The notes: generated from the sequence alone by a model not told the origin. A stretch of 64,000 nt of DNA from Patescibacteria group bacterium (GCA_041660305.1 JBAZWO010000001.1:226268-290267); one strand, 5' to 3'. Shown: positions 45,097 through 54,987, counted from the first letter of the stretch. Numbers and translations are program-made.

Positions 45097-45705
45097 ATGT
45101 CTATATTCATTTCTTTATTCATTATTGGCTTTACAGCCGCGGCTCTACCTGGTGCCGTACAAACTACAGTGTTTTTATCTACGCTTCAAGGCAAAACAAA
45201 AGAAGGAATTAAAGTAGCTCTCGGGGCCGCACTCATGGATGGAATTTATCTTTTTCTGGCCTATTATGGAATAGTTGAATTTATCACCAAATTTACAGCT
45301 ATTAAAATAATTATCGGGCTATTTGGTTTTGGTTATATGCTGTGGTTGGGCATTACTGGATTAAAGGCTGGGTTACATAAAAATACAGAAAAAAATGATA
45401 AAATTATTCATCGCGGTTTCTTTAGCGGCGTCTTACTTGTATTATTACATATTCCTACCCTGCTCTACTTTATTGGTGTGGCAGGTAGTGTGTTTCATGA
45501 TCGTATTTCCCTGCTTACCGTTGTGCTGGGCGGATTCAGTCTATTCGTTGGTGCAATTCTATGTTTTTTGGTTGTAGTCTTAATTGCTTGGTTAAGCAAA
45601 CATTACGGTAAAGCAGGATTGATTAAATGCTTACACCTTGCCTCTGCAACAGTGTTAATTGCTTTTGCAATAAAATTATTGGTTGATCTTATAAAATTAA
45701 TGTAA
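45097..45705 (+). CDS. LysE/RhtB-family amino-acid exporter
   Basis: 202 aa, about 6 TM helices. The N-terminus FIIGFTAAALPGAVQ is typical of the family. Confidence 0.7.
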   Translation: MSIFISLFIIGFTAAALPGAVQTTVFLSTLQGKTKEGIKVALGAALMDGIYLFLAYYGIVEFITKFTAIKIIIGLFGFGYMLWLGITGLKAGLHKNTEKNDKIIHRGFFSGVLLVLLHIPTLLYFIGVAGSVFHDRISLLTVVLGGFSLFVGAILCFLVVVLIAWLSKHYGKAGLIKCLHLASATVLIAFAIKLLVDLIKLM

Positions 45706-45744
45706 CTAAAAAAATCCCCTTGCAGTGTGTTGTGGAAAAAGAAC

Positions 45745-45927
45745 GATCAAACAAGGGCTACAGCCCTGAGCGAGGAAGGAACGCAGTGAGTGACGAGTCG
45801 AAGGGCTGACTACTTACGACGAAATTCGAACTTATTATACCCAAAATTCAAGTGAAACAGAATAGGGCGCGGCGGGCAAAAAGGAAGGGGGTTTCGGGGG
45901 AAGGAATTTTTGCCCGTTTTTTCTCTT
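45745..45927. repeat. Composite repeat R (L segment, P motif, terminator hairpin)
   Basis: L segment 45745-45806 is about 80% identical by eye to 47442-47505. P motif 45807-45831. Hairpin CGGGCAAAAA (45873-45882) with TTTTTGCCCG (45907-45916), then T6. The loop is the mirror repeat GGAAGGGGG..GGGGGAAGG. Confidence 0.8.
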
Positions 45928-45948
45928 GATGAATCAGCAAGTTTATTT

Positions 45949-46632
45949 TTAATCTTTAAATGTATATCTATTAGTAAATATCAAAAATCCTAACCAGGCA
46001 TTGCCAAGGCCTATCCCAGCGTAACCAAGAGTGGCAAATTTAGCTGGAGTGAACAAGGCTGTTCCAATTATTAAACCACCCATAATAAATAATCCTCCTA
46101 TTAATTTAGGAAATATTCTAGAGCGCATAATGTAACTCCCCCACAGTGCGTACGTTATAATCAGGAGAAAAAAACCAATGATAATGATTATTGGTGCCAT
46201 GCCTAATAAATTATTTTGAAAAATAACTTCAAATAAATTTTCTGAATGTTGATTTGTTTGTTGAACGGGATCATATTTAGCAAGAATTGTATTTGTAAAA
46301 CCATCAACGAATAACAAGCCACCGTATAAAGCTTGTGTAAAAAGAACGAGTACAAAAGCAAACAACAAACCTTTTTTATAGTTATTTTTTGCTATCGTAA
46401 AAAAAGTAGCGATAATCGGAAAAATGAGTAATAATGAACAAACTCCACCAAGAACATGCGCTTCTGCATGAGCAGAACTTCTGACAATAATACTGGCTGC
46501 ATCACGACCACCATGCAAGAAAAATTGGTAAAAAGGCAGAATGATACCAGGTATGATTCCTATCACGGCAAGATAGCGAATGATTTTATTAATGAGAGTC
46601 TCTTGATTAAGAATGTTATTTTTTGAAGTCAT
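45949..46632 (-). CDS. Polytopic membrane protein, unknown function
   Basis: 227 aa with about 6 hydrophobic helices. Downstream of marR in the same orientation. Confidence 0.5.
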   Translation of the reverse strand: MTSKNNILNQETLINKIIRYLAVIGIIPGIILPFYQFFLHGGRDAASIIVRSSAHAEAHVLGGVCSLLLIFPIIATFFTIAKNNYKKGLLFAFVLVLFTQALYGGLLFVDGFTNTILAKYDPVQQTNQHSENLFEVIFQNNLLGMAPIIIIIGFFLLIITYALWGSYIMRSRIFPKLIGGLFIMGGLIIGTALFTPAKFATLGYAGIGLGNAWLGFLIFTNRYTFKD

Positions 46633-46803
46633 AAAAAATATCTATTTATTCTGTTTATATAATTTATATACATTCATTACAAGAAAAGTATTATATGTTG
46701 GCAGGCGGTTGTTATTTTGTGTGTTTAGAATGAATCATTTTTATGAGTTTATATACTGGCCAAAAGATGAGTAAGGGAAGTAATAGGATATGCATAATTG
46801 TAA

Positions 46804-47229
46804 TTATTTTTGATTAAACATTTTATCAAATAATCCTAATAATATATCTTGTTCATTTACACTTAATGGCTTAAGCAATTCTTGATAGAGTTCTGAGTGT
46901 TTCTTTTTCATCAGGCGGTAAATTTTTTCTCCTACTGGAGCCATAGTAATGTAGATTACTCTTCGATCTTGTGTTGAATTAATACGTTTTACCAAACGTT
47001 TTGTAACAAGTTTATCAACAATAATTGACGCATTGCTTATTGAAAGCTGAAGAGCATTAGCTATATCATTCATCTTTTTCTCTCCATGTTGTCCAATAAA
47101 ATAGATAATACGAAATTCCTGAATATTTATATCATAAGGCACAAGGTTGAGGATGGCAGACTCATTTTTACTTAAATAAGAGAATAGAGCATGTATATAG
47201 TAATCGAGCTTGTTTGTAGTAGTATTCAT
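46804..47229 (-). CDS. MarR-family transcriptional regulator
   Basis: 141 aa with a winged HTH (KMNDIANALQLSISNASIIVDKLVTKRLVKRINSTQDRR). Confidence 0.85.
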   Translation of the reverse strand: MNTTTNKLDYYIHALFSYLSKNESAILNLVPYDINIQEFRIIYFIGQHGEKKMNDIANALQLSISNASIIVDKLVTKRLVKRINSTQDRRVIYITMAPVGEKIYRLMKKKHSELYQELLKPLSVNEQDILLGLFDKMFNQK

Positions 47230-47282
47230 ATACTTTAAATTTTAAACTATTTAAAGTATAAACCTTTTTACAATTTTGTCAA
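47229..47282 (-). promoter_or_regulatory. marR promoter with an overlapping perfect 11-bp inverted repeat (candidate MarR operator)
   Basis: On the - strand: TTGACA (47282-47277), a 16-nt spacer, then TATACT (47260-47255). IR TATACTTTAAA (47229-47239) with TTTAAAGTATA (47250-47260). Confidence 0.65.
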
Positions 47283-47317
47283 GAGCTAGCGACTATCATT
47301 GTTCTAATGCACGAGAA

Positions 47318-47349
47318 AAGAGAAAAAACGGGCAAAAATTCCTTCCCCC
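47318..47349. repeat. Inverted copy of a 32-nt segment of repeat R
   Basis: AAGAGAAAAAACGGGCAAAAATTCCTTCCCCC is the exact reverse complement of 45896-45927, checked base by base. Confidence 0.9.
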
Positions 47350-47441
47350 TTTACTTCTTTCAACCGCTCAAAACGAACACCTTCTAGCCAACAGCTTGAG
47401 TTTTTCTTTATCGCCATTGATTAAAGCTTCTTTTTTGGCAC

Positions 47442-47505
47442 GATCAAACAAGGGGCTATAGCCCCGAGCGAAAAACGAACACAGTGAGTTTTTCAGTCGA
47501 AGGGC
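47442..47505. repeat. L segment of the composite repeat, immediately 3' of tRNA-Gln
   Basis: GATCAAACAAGGGGCTATAGCCCCGAGCGAAAAACGAACACAGTGAGTTTTTCAGTCGAAGGGC. It contains the palindrome GGGGCTATAGCCCC and the stem GAAAAAC/GTTTTTC. Confidence 0.75.
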
Positions 47506-47575
47506 TGGGTCGGTAGGATTCGAACCTACGATGACGGGGCCAGAACCCGTTGCCTTACCACTTGGCTACGACCCA
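47505..47575 (-). tRNA. tRNA-Gln (anticodon CUG), CCA not encoded
   Basis: Manual fold. Acceptor UGGGUCG/CGACCCA with U1-A72. D arm GCCA-AGUGGUA-AGGC. Anticodon stem ACGGG/CCCGU with loop UUCUGGC. T arm GUAGG-UUCGAAU-CCUAC. Discriminator G. Confidence 0.85.
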
Positions 47576-47631
47576 ATAGCTTCAGTAATATAACGTCTTT
47601 TATTAAGCCTGTAAAGACTAGAAACAAAAAC

Positions 47632-48930
47632 TTAAGAACCAAGTGGCAAACGACAAGTAAAAGTAGTACCCTCCCCTAAAGTAGAAGCTACTTTGATATC
47701 ACCATTATGTTGTTCCATAATATTTTTTACAATAAACAAACCTAAACCAGAACCTTCTGTTTGCGTTTTTTTGGATTGTTCAGAACGAAAAAATTTGGTA
47801 AATAATTTATCTTGATCCTCTCTAGTCATACCAATACCAGTATCTTGTACCCTAATTTCTACCGTCTGTTGTGCTTTTTTATTAATTAATAAACTAATCT
47901 TTCCATTGGCTGGGGTAAATTTTATAGCATTACTAATTAAATTAGTAAATACGATAGCAATTTTTTTACGATCTGCATTAATCATAATAACACCACCCTG
48001 TTCGGTATTTGTATGAAGCTTAATTTGTTTACGCTCACATAATAATTTCAAATCAACCAGCACTTCATTCACTAGTTCTACTAAATTAAAATCACTGTAA
48101 CTATACTCCATTTTCCCTTCTTCAATACTAGAAGCATCTAACAAATCATTCACTAACTTAATCATATGCTCGTTAGTATGAAAAGCTTTAGTTAAAAATG
48201 AACGTTGTTCTTCTGGTTTGGTAAAATCACCATCTAAAACCATTTTTAGTATCCATTTAATTACCGATAATGGCGTGCGTAATTGATGTGAAGCCACCGA
48301 AACAAATTCTGATTTTAAAGCATCAATATGTTTTTGCCGATCTTCCATGGCAATACTTTCTAGCGCAATGGTCATAGAATTGGCGTACACTTGTAAAAAT
48401 TCCATATCGGCTAAACTTAAATGTTCATAAGGATGATTAATACCACCAATTAACACACCATATTTTTTATCACGCACCATCAACGGTAGTACCGCTAACG
48501 AAGTTACTCCTAATAATTCTGCTAGTTGTTTTTGTGCTGGTACCGCCACAACACTATTAAGCACAAACAAAGCTGTATTACTATGATACACTTGTTTAAC
48601 TAAAGTATGTTGCCGCACCTTGGCTAAAGCTGGAATAGATTGATAACCATACTCAATACCAACTTTAAATGGTGGCCGATTCAATAAAATTAAGGCTATT
48701 GAAAAATTTAAATCCACTACTAACCCTTTGGCAAAAGCTTCTAAAATTTCCGGCTGCCCATAACAACAGCGTGTTTGATTAATAATGGTTTGGAGCACAC
48801 GCAACTGATTAACTTGCTGATTTAAGCGATCATTGGTTTCAGCTAAAGCCAAATCTTTTTGAATTAGTAAGCTAGCTATACGTTGTTGCTCTTGCAACAC
48901 ATCTGTTATCGGCTCCATAACTTGCTTCAT
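47632..48930 (-). CDS. Cytoplasmic sensor histidine kinase with a GAF-like input domain
   Basis: H-box SVASHQLRTPLS, N-box NLISNAIKFT, G-box GSGLGLFIV. No TM helices. Confidence 0.85.
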   Translation of the reverse strand: MKQVMEPITDVLQEQQRIASLLIQKDLALAETNDRLNQQVNQLRVLQTIINQTRCCYGQPEILEAFAKGLVVDLNFSIALILLNRPPFKVGIEYGYQSIPALAKVRQHTLVKQVYHSNTALFVLNSVVAVPAQKQLAELLGVTSLAVLPLMVRDKKYGVLIGGINHPYEHLSLADMEFLQVYANSMTIALESIAMEDRQKHIDALKSEFVSVASHQLRTPLSVIKWILKMVLDGDFTKPEEQRSFLTKAFHTNEHMIKLVNDLLDASSIEEGKMEYSYSDFNLVELVNEVLVDLKLLCERKQIKLHTNTEQGGVIMINADRKKIAIVFTNLISNAIKFTPANGKISLLINKKAQQTVEIRVQDTGIGMTREDQDKLFTKFFRSEQSKKTQTEGSGLGLFIVKNIMEQHNGDIKVASTLGEGTTFTCRLPLGS

Positions 48931-48941
48931 ATAAATTAAGC

Positions 48942-50150
48942 TTATTCACCAAAGCCTAAAATAACTACCGTTTCATTACAAAACTCTGAATGCCGCGCCA
49001 AAGATTGTTGCTCATCACAAAAATCAATCGGCGCTTGTTCACCGTAAGTATAAAAACCAATCATTTGTACATCACGGCCTAATACTTCACGAATAGCGGC
49101 AATTTCTACTTTAGCATCTTGTGCCAACACTTTATTACGAGCAATACAATTAAAAATAATTGCCGTGGTAATTTTTTTGCCACCACGTTGTTGAATACCT
49201 ACTAAGCATTGCTGCGCTGCTAAACGCGCCGCCGCAATAGCTTCATCCTTTCCCCCAATCATTAAACGAATTTCGGCCTGTTTTGGCACAGTAGCTGCGC
49301 AGGTAATGGCTCCCTTATTATCCACACTAAATGGGGCACGTAATAAATATTCTTGTGCCGTATCATTTACTTTAATACCTAATGGATAGGTAATGGCTAT
49401 ACGCGCAAACGGCGAAGTAGTAATATCAACTACTTGTTTACCAAATAATTCCTCATAAATGTTTATGGCTGGCTGATCATCTATTTCTAAAATAGTTGCT
49501 CCTTGTACTTTAGTTACTCGATGTAATCTACCAATCGGCTTCCAACCATGTCGTACACCAATGCCAAATTTTACATCACCAGACATTAACGTGCCTACTA
49601 CTGCTCCAGAATGTACTTGTTGATTAAAATATTGATAAGTTTCTTTAAATAAAAAATCATCACCGGCCGCTCCGCCGGCCATTAAAAATTGTGTACCAAA
49701 CACGGTTTGCACGCCTCGCACAATGTCTGCACCATCTCCTTTCAAGCCATCCGGTAGCACCATAGCTACTTTTCCTTGGGTAGTTTGCTGAATTAATGAT
49801 TCGGCAAATTGTTTCCCAGCCAAAAACGCGTTTTTTTCAATAGCTAAACCAGCTCCAATATTAAACGTTACCGTATCAGCCGCTAATAACATCACTACTA
49901 CCGATTTATTACTTGGTCCAGTAGTAATAATCTCTCCAGCTGAAGAGCAACCAACTAATGGTACTTCCCCTGTAACTGAACGAACTCCAGCCAACATAGC
50001 TACTTGATTAAATACTACCGAAGAAAACACTATGACTAAATTAGCGGTTTTACCATGTAAGCCAGTCAAGGCCTCTTGTGCTGCCTGTTGGCCAGCTCTG
50101 TGAGCATTAATATTTTTTGAGTGCCCCACACTAGAAAAAAAGTAAGCCAT
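48942..50150 (-). CDS. FIST-domain signal-transduction protein (FIST_N + FIST_C)
   Basis: 402 aa. The overall pattern is typical of FIST proteins (...LVIVFSS..., GCSSAGEI, GFYTYGEQAP). Directly upstream of the kinase. Confidence 0.65.
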   Translation of the reverse strand: MAYFFSSVGHSKNINAHRAGQQAAQEALTGLHGKTANLVIVFSSVVFNQVAMLAGVRSVTGEVPLVGCSSAGEIITTGPSNKSVVVMLLAADTVTFNIGAGLAIEKNAFLAGKQFAESLIQQTTQGKVAMVLPDGLKGDGADIVRGVQTVFGTQFLMAGGAAGDDFLFKETYQYFNQQVHSGAVVGTLMSGDVKFGIGVRHGWKPIGRLHRVTKVQGATILEIDDQPAINIYEELFGKQVVDITTSPFARIAITYPLGIKVNDTAQEYLLRAPFSVDNKGAITCAATVPKQAEIRLMIGGKDEAIAAARLAAQQCLVGIQQRGGKKITTAIIFNCIARNKVLAQDAKVEIAAIREVLGRDVQMIGFYTYGEQAPIDFCDEQQSLARHSEFCNETVVILGFGE

Positions 50151-50158
50151 AGTAAAAA

Positions 50159-51712
50159 TTATTTTACTGACACACTATTAAAAGTAGCTGCTGCCAAATT
50201 CCAAACATTATCCGCTTCTGGTGCTGCTACCATGGTTAAATTATCCGAAGAAATGTTATTCATGGTAGTAATATCTACAGTATACTGTTCCCCTACGGTG
50301 CATTGTAATACAAATACTTGCTGAGTAACCTGCTGTATAGCTTGTTCAATAATACGTAAATTTTCTGCGGTCATTAAACGTTCACGATGAAAATCATAGC
50401 GCACACCTAACATTAAAATATTAGGTTTATAAACATTAACTACTTTAGCTACCGATAATGTCATAGCTAAAGCATGATTAACTTGCTTAACTGCCGTAAT
50501 AATGGCTGACCAATGTTGTTTTATATTAGCTAATTTAGTACTATCAGGTTCCTGTTTAGTATTAATGGTTATTTGTGCTGGTAATGGTTTATTAAATACT
50601 GAAGCTGTTATAACTGGTTTAGCTGGCGAATTAACTATAGAATTAACTGCCGGTTGAGCTGTACACCAACTTAACCCAGCTACTTCTAAGGGCAGCGCGG
50701 CCACTGGTAAATCTGCTAACCGATAAGGCACTGTTAATAATAAATCAATCAGTGCCACCATTTCTTTGGTAGTGGTACGTTGCATTAACGTTACTAAACG
50801 TTGCTGTGTCTCTGCATGAATGTCTAGTTCTGCAAAATGTGTAATTGATTGATCAATAGTATATAACATACCTTGACGCAACACTTCTAACAAAGTCTGC
50901 TGTAATTCTTTTAACTGTGCTCCCGCTTGGAGTGCACTGTGTAAGCTTTGTAAATATTGTTGCGCTTGACGCTGTAATAAACACTCAGCTAATGCTATGG
51001 CGCTACCTAAATCTGCCCGCGGAATAATTAGTTCAGCCTGAGCCATGGTAATACGCTCACCTTCTAAAGTTAATACCTGCCCTAATAAACTTTCTGCATC
51101 ACGCATAGCCCCACCAGCACGCTGTGCAATCCGTTCTAATACTTCTTCATCTACTAATTTTTGCTCGGCCACACAAATAGTACGCAAACGTTGTACTATA
51201 GTATTTAAAGGAATAACATGAAAATCAAAACGCTGACAACGTGATACTACTGTAGCTGGCACCCGATGCACTTCGGTAGTAGCTAAAATAAAAATCACAT
51301 GCTCGGGTGGTTCTTCTAATATTTTTAGTAAGGCATTAAACGCCGACCCAGATAACATATGCACCTCATCAATAATAAATACTTTGTATTTTAACTGACT
51401 AGGTACCACATACGCATTTTGAATAATATTTTCTCGCACATTATCTACCCCAGTGTGACTAGCCGCATCAATTTCAATAATATCTAACACCGAACTATTA
51501 ACTGGTAGTTTTTCTAAGCCGGCACTATTAATCGCTTTAGCAAATAAACGTGCCATAGTGGTTTTACCAACGCCCCGTGGACCAGAAAATAAATAGGCGT
51601 GGGCTATATTCCCTTGTTTAATTTCATTAGTTAACGTGGTAACAATATGTTGTTGATCCACTACTTCAGCAAACGATGTAGGACGATATTTTCGATACAG
51701 CGCCAGTGTCAT
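50159..51712 (-). CDS. dnaX: DNA polymerase III subunit gamma/tau
   Basis: YRPTSFAEVVDQQH, GPRGVGKTT, DEVHMLS, and SRCQRF (sensor 1 region). Confidence 0.9.
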   Translation of the reverse strand: MTLALYRKYRPTSFAEVVDQQHIVTTLTNEIKQGNIAHAYLFSGPRGVGKTTMARLFAKAINSAGLEKLPVNSSVLDIIEIDAASHTGVDNVRENIIQNAYVVPSQLKYKVFIIDEVHMLSGSAFNALLKILEEPPEHVIFILATTEVHRVPATVVSRCQRFDFHVIPLNTIVQRLRTICVAEQKLVDEEVLERIAQRAGGAMRDAESLLGQVLTLEGERITMAQAELIIPRADLGSAIALAECLLQRQAQQYLQSLHSALQAGAQLKELQQTLLEVLRQGMLYTIDQSITHFAELDIHAETQQRLVTLMQRTTTKEMVALIDLLLTVPYRLADLPVAALPLEVAGLSWCTAQPAVNSIVNSPAKPVITASVFNKPLPAQITINTKQEPDSTKLANIKQHWSAIITAVKQVNHALAMTLSVAKVVNVYKPNILMLGVRYDFHRERLMTAENLRIIEQAIQQVTQQVFVLQCTVGEQYTVDITTMNNISSDNLTMVAAPEADNVWNLAAATFNSVSVK

Positions 51713-51717
51713 GCGTT

Positions 51718-52374
51718 TTAACTAGTTAATTCAGCTTCTGCACCATTACTTAACTCGCTAGCCACTCCGCTAGTTAATTCTGCGTCACTACCGTCGGTTA
51801 ACAATGTTGCGTTAGTATTATTACTGTGAATAACATTTTCTACCGCTGCCCAGGTACTATTACCGTCTTTTGGTGTTAAAATGACTACTTCATTACCCGG
51901 CTGTCCTTTAAAATAAGTAACCGAAGCCATAATTACCCGATACGAACGTTGTTCTACTACTACATGATAATCACCGGTGGTTTGATTTTGTTCTAATACA
52001 CCTACTAAACGTTTCCGTTCTACTGGGCCAATTTGTTTATAAACAAACGAACCATCTTGACGAACAGTTAATTTTAATAAATCCCCCTCTACTAATTTAG
52101 ATTTGGATACATAATTAGCCGGAATAGCAAATATTTTTCCTTCTGCCGAAACCATGTTTTGGCCGTTAAATACCCCTTCAATAACTTGCACATTACCTTC
52201 AAATTGTTCTTTTTGTTGCTGCTCTTTTCCGTCTTCAGCTGTAGTAGTGATATCCAAACCACTTGGCTTATAATTTAGGCTAATTTCAGATAAAATTCTC
52301 CGCGCTTGACTAAGTTGTGTAGCCGCGTTATCTAACGCTTGTTGCATTAAAATAATTTTGTTTTCTTGTTCCAT
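51718..52374 (-). CDS. Hypothetical protein
   Basis: 218-aa ORF between dnaX and the VirD4-like ATPase. No motif recognised. Confidence 0.4.
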   Translation of the reverse strand: MEQENKIILMQQALDNAATQLSQARRILSEISLNYKPSGLDITTTAEDGKEQQQKEQFEGNVQVIEGVFNGQNMVSAEGKIFAIPANYVSKSKLVEGDLLKLTVRQDGSFVYKQIGPVERKRLVGVLEQNQTTGDYHVVVEQRSYRVIMASVTYFKGQPGNEVVILTPKDGNSTWAAVENVIHSNNTNATLLTDGSDAELTSGVASELSNGAEAELTS

Positions 52375-52409
52375 AGAACCAGCATTATAACATAAACTAG
52401 CAAATCAAG

Positions 52410-54977
52410 CTAGAAAAACGCGTCTGGACCAGTTAGTTCAGCTCCGCCTGCTAAATTATTCAGTTTTCCTCGTTCAATTACTTCAGCTTCAACGATGGCC
52501 CGATCTCGACCATGTTTTAAGCGTGATAATTGCTTAATTTGTTCAGCTAATTTTACATTACCAGCTGGTGGCATAACTGTGCGCATATTAAACGGCCGAC
52601 AAGTAGTATTATCAATTAATAATTTAATATTAGCTGTGTATTTATCTACGTTAATAACATCGTTTTCATTAAACACTGGTGCTAATTCTTTTGCGATCAT
52701 CTCGGCATCTTCTACACCAATGCGGAAGGCTATTTTGGTGCCAACGTTACCAAAGACAGCATCACGAATTTGCGTATTGTTATCTTTTACTAACTGATTA
52801 ATATATTGATGAGCTAAAATCATATTCAAACGATATTTACGCGCTTCAGACAAAATTGTAGCAATGGAATCGGTAGTGTAGTTTTGAAACTCATCAACAT
52901 AGGTGTAAAAATCTTTACGTTGCTCTTGTGGCATACTAGCCCGCGCCATGGCCGCCATCTGAATTTTAGACACCATAATTAAACCAAGTAATGAACTATT
53001 AACTTCGCCAATGGATCCTTTGGACAAATTCACTAATAATATTTTCCGATTATCCATGATTTCCCGCACATTAAAGCCTGAACGAGCCTGCCCAACGATA
53101 TTGCGCATCATATCGTTAGTTAAAAACCGGCCAATTTTGGAAATAACGTACGATAACATGTCGGCCGCTTGTTGCCCAGCTTGTGATTGCTCATATTCTT
53201 GTTGCCAGAAATTCTTTACCATTAAGTTTTTTACTTTTTTTAACTTATCTTTACGAAATTTAGCATCGGTAAACATGCGTGGAATTTCAATTAAGGTAGC
53301 GCCTGATTCTTTATCTTCCATTAAAGCCAACATAGCGTTACGCATGTAATGTTCAAACATTGGACCAATCATTTCCTGACCGAATAACTTATAAAAAATT
53401 GCTACCATTTCTTGCACGGCAAAATCTTTTTGCTCATTAGTTTCGTATTCCAACATGTTCAAACCCACTGGCCGTTCAATATCGCTCGGTGAGAACACTA
53501 CTACATCATCGGCTCGTTCTTTTGGTATCCGCTCTAACACATCTTGTACTAAATCGCCGTGTGGATCAATCACACACACACCTTCACCATTTTTAATATC
53601 TTGCACGGCCAAACTGGACAACAATACCGATTTACCAGAACCGGTTTGCCCAATAACATATAAGTGCCGCTGACGATCAGCTCGTTTTATTTTCACTGGT
53701 GTAACCATGCCCCGATACTCCACTTCTCCTAAAGTAACGCCTTCTTTTGGCATATTAAATGGCGGCGCAGCTTTTTTGGCTAATAACCAACGAATGTTTG
53801 GTGTTTCGGTGGTTGGTAATGGCATGTGATACAAAGTGGTTATTTCCTTGGTATTCAAAATAAAACTTCCTTTTTCATCAAACGTTCGATAAATAAAATG
53901 CTGAATTTCTTTTTTACTGGTAGTTGGTTTAGTGGCAATAAATTCATTAGCATAGAGTGTACCGGAATATTGAGCAAACGAACCAAGAATGGATTGCATT
54001 TTATTTTCCGCGATTGCTTTATTAGCAGCCGATACAATAATCCTAATATTTACATCAAAGCCTGGACTAGCGGCTTTTTCCTCAAAACCTTTCACCATTT
54101 CTTCTTCCATTGGTGATAAACGATATTCTCGCTCGGTACGTAAATCTATGCCTTGCTCACGTTTAGCTCGATTTTTCATGTACATGTATTTAAAACTAAT
54201 CCAAAATCGATAAAAAACATTGCCAAATAATTCGGCTTTAGCCTGCTCATATTTTTTACCTTGTTGCATTACTTGAGCAATGCGCGCTGGTTTACGCGCC
54301 CAATTAGTTAATGCTGGCCGAATAACAAATTGAATCGCCGCTCCTTCATGTTTTTCAAATTTCGATAATACATTGGTTAATGAGTTTAACGGATCTACTT
54401 CTAATTTATTGTAAATCAAAATAGGATATTCATATGGTTTTTTTAATTTAATTCGAGAACTAACCACTACACCATTGGGTTCAAAAATATTATAGTCATC
54501 CACTTGTTCAATAACCGCGCTATTATATTGAGCATGAAACTGTTGCTCAAAAAAACGCCGTAAATAAAACGGCACCGCCGCATAAAATGTGATTAATTGA
54601 TCTTTATCAGCTACTAATTCTAAACTAATATGATCATTTCGCCCTAATAGCCATTGTTCAAATTTGCGATACGGCCGAATAGAAGCCACGGCCGAATAAA
54701 ATGCCTCAATAATACCTATCCGCGCTTCTTCGGTTGGTTTGCGGTAGGAATCGTTCTGACTTTGTTGTTCTTTTAAATCTTCTTTCGAAACACGAATAAA
54801 TAAAATTACTTTACGAAAACTCTCTTTTTCTTCAATCCAACGATGAATTAAACGCCGGGCTATCATCAGCCAACCTACCAACAAAATTGTACTAACTAAA
54901 CCGTAAGTTAAGCTAGCCACTAACGGATCAGCTAAATACCCCAGACCTAATTTTAATAATTCAAAAATAAACCCCAT
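52410..54977 (-). CDS. Membrane-anchored VirD4/TraG/TraD-like (type IV coupling protein-like) P-loop ATPase
   Basis: N-terminal TM helices, Walker A GQTGSGKS, Walker B-like YVDEFQNY. The C-terminal half resembles TraD/VirD4. I did not recognise the roughly 430-aa N-terminal region. Confidence 0.6.
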   Translation of the reverse strand: MGFIFELLKLGLGYLADPLVASLTYGLVSTILLVGWLMIARRLIHRWIEEKESFRKVILFIRVSKEDLKEQQSQNDSYRKPTEEARIGIIEAFYSAVASIRPYRKFEQWLLGRNDHISLELVADKDQLITFYAAVPFYLRRFFEQQFHAQYNSAVIEQVDDYNIFEPNGVVVSSRIKLKKPYEYPILIYNKLEVDPLNSLTNVLSKFEKHEGAAIQFVIRPALTNWARKPARIAQVMQQGKKYEQAKAELFGNVFYRFWISFKYMYMKNRAKREQGIDLRTEREYRLSPMEEEMVKGFEEKAASPGFDVNIRIIVSAANKAIAENKMQSILGSFAQYSGTLYANEFIATKPTTSKKEIQHFIYRTFDEKGSFILNTKEITTLYHMPLPTTETPNIRWLLAKKAAPPFNMPKEGVTLGEVEYRGMVTPVKIKRADRQRHLYVIGQTGSGKSVLLSSLAVQDIKNGEGVCVIDPHGDLVQDVLERIPKERADDVVVFSPSDIERPVGLNMLEYETNEQKDFAVQEMVAIFYKLFGQEMIGPMFEHYMRNAMLALMEDKESGATLIEIPRMFTDAKFRKDKLKKVKNLMVKNFWQQEYEQSQAGQQAADMLSYVISKIGRFLTNDMMRNIVGQARSGFNVREIMDNRKILLVNLSKGSIGEVNSSLLGLIMVSKIQMAAMARASMPQEQRKDFYTYVDEFQNYTTDSIATILSEARKYRLNMILAHQYINQLVKDNNTQIRDAVFGNVGTKIAFRIGVEDAEMIAKELAPVFNENDVINVDKYTANIKLLIDNTTCRPFNMRTVMPPAGNVKLAEQIKQLSRLKHGRDRAIVEAEVIERGKLNNLAGGAELTGPDAFF

Positions 54978-54987
54978 GTTAAATAAA

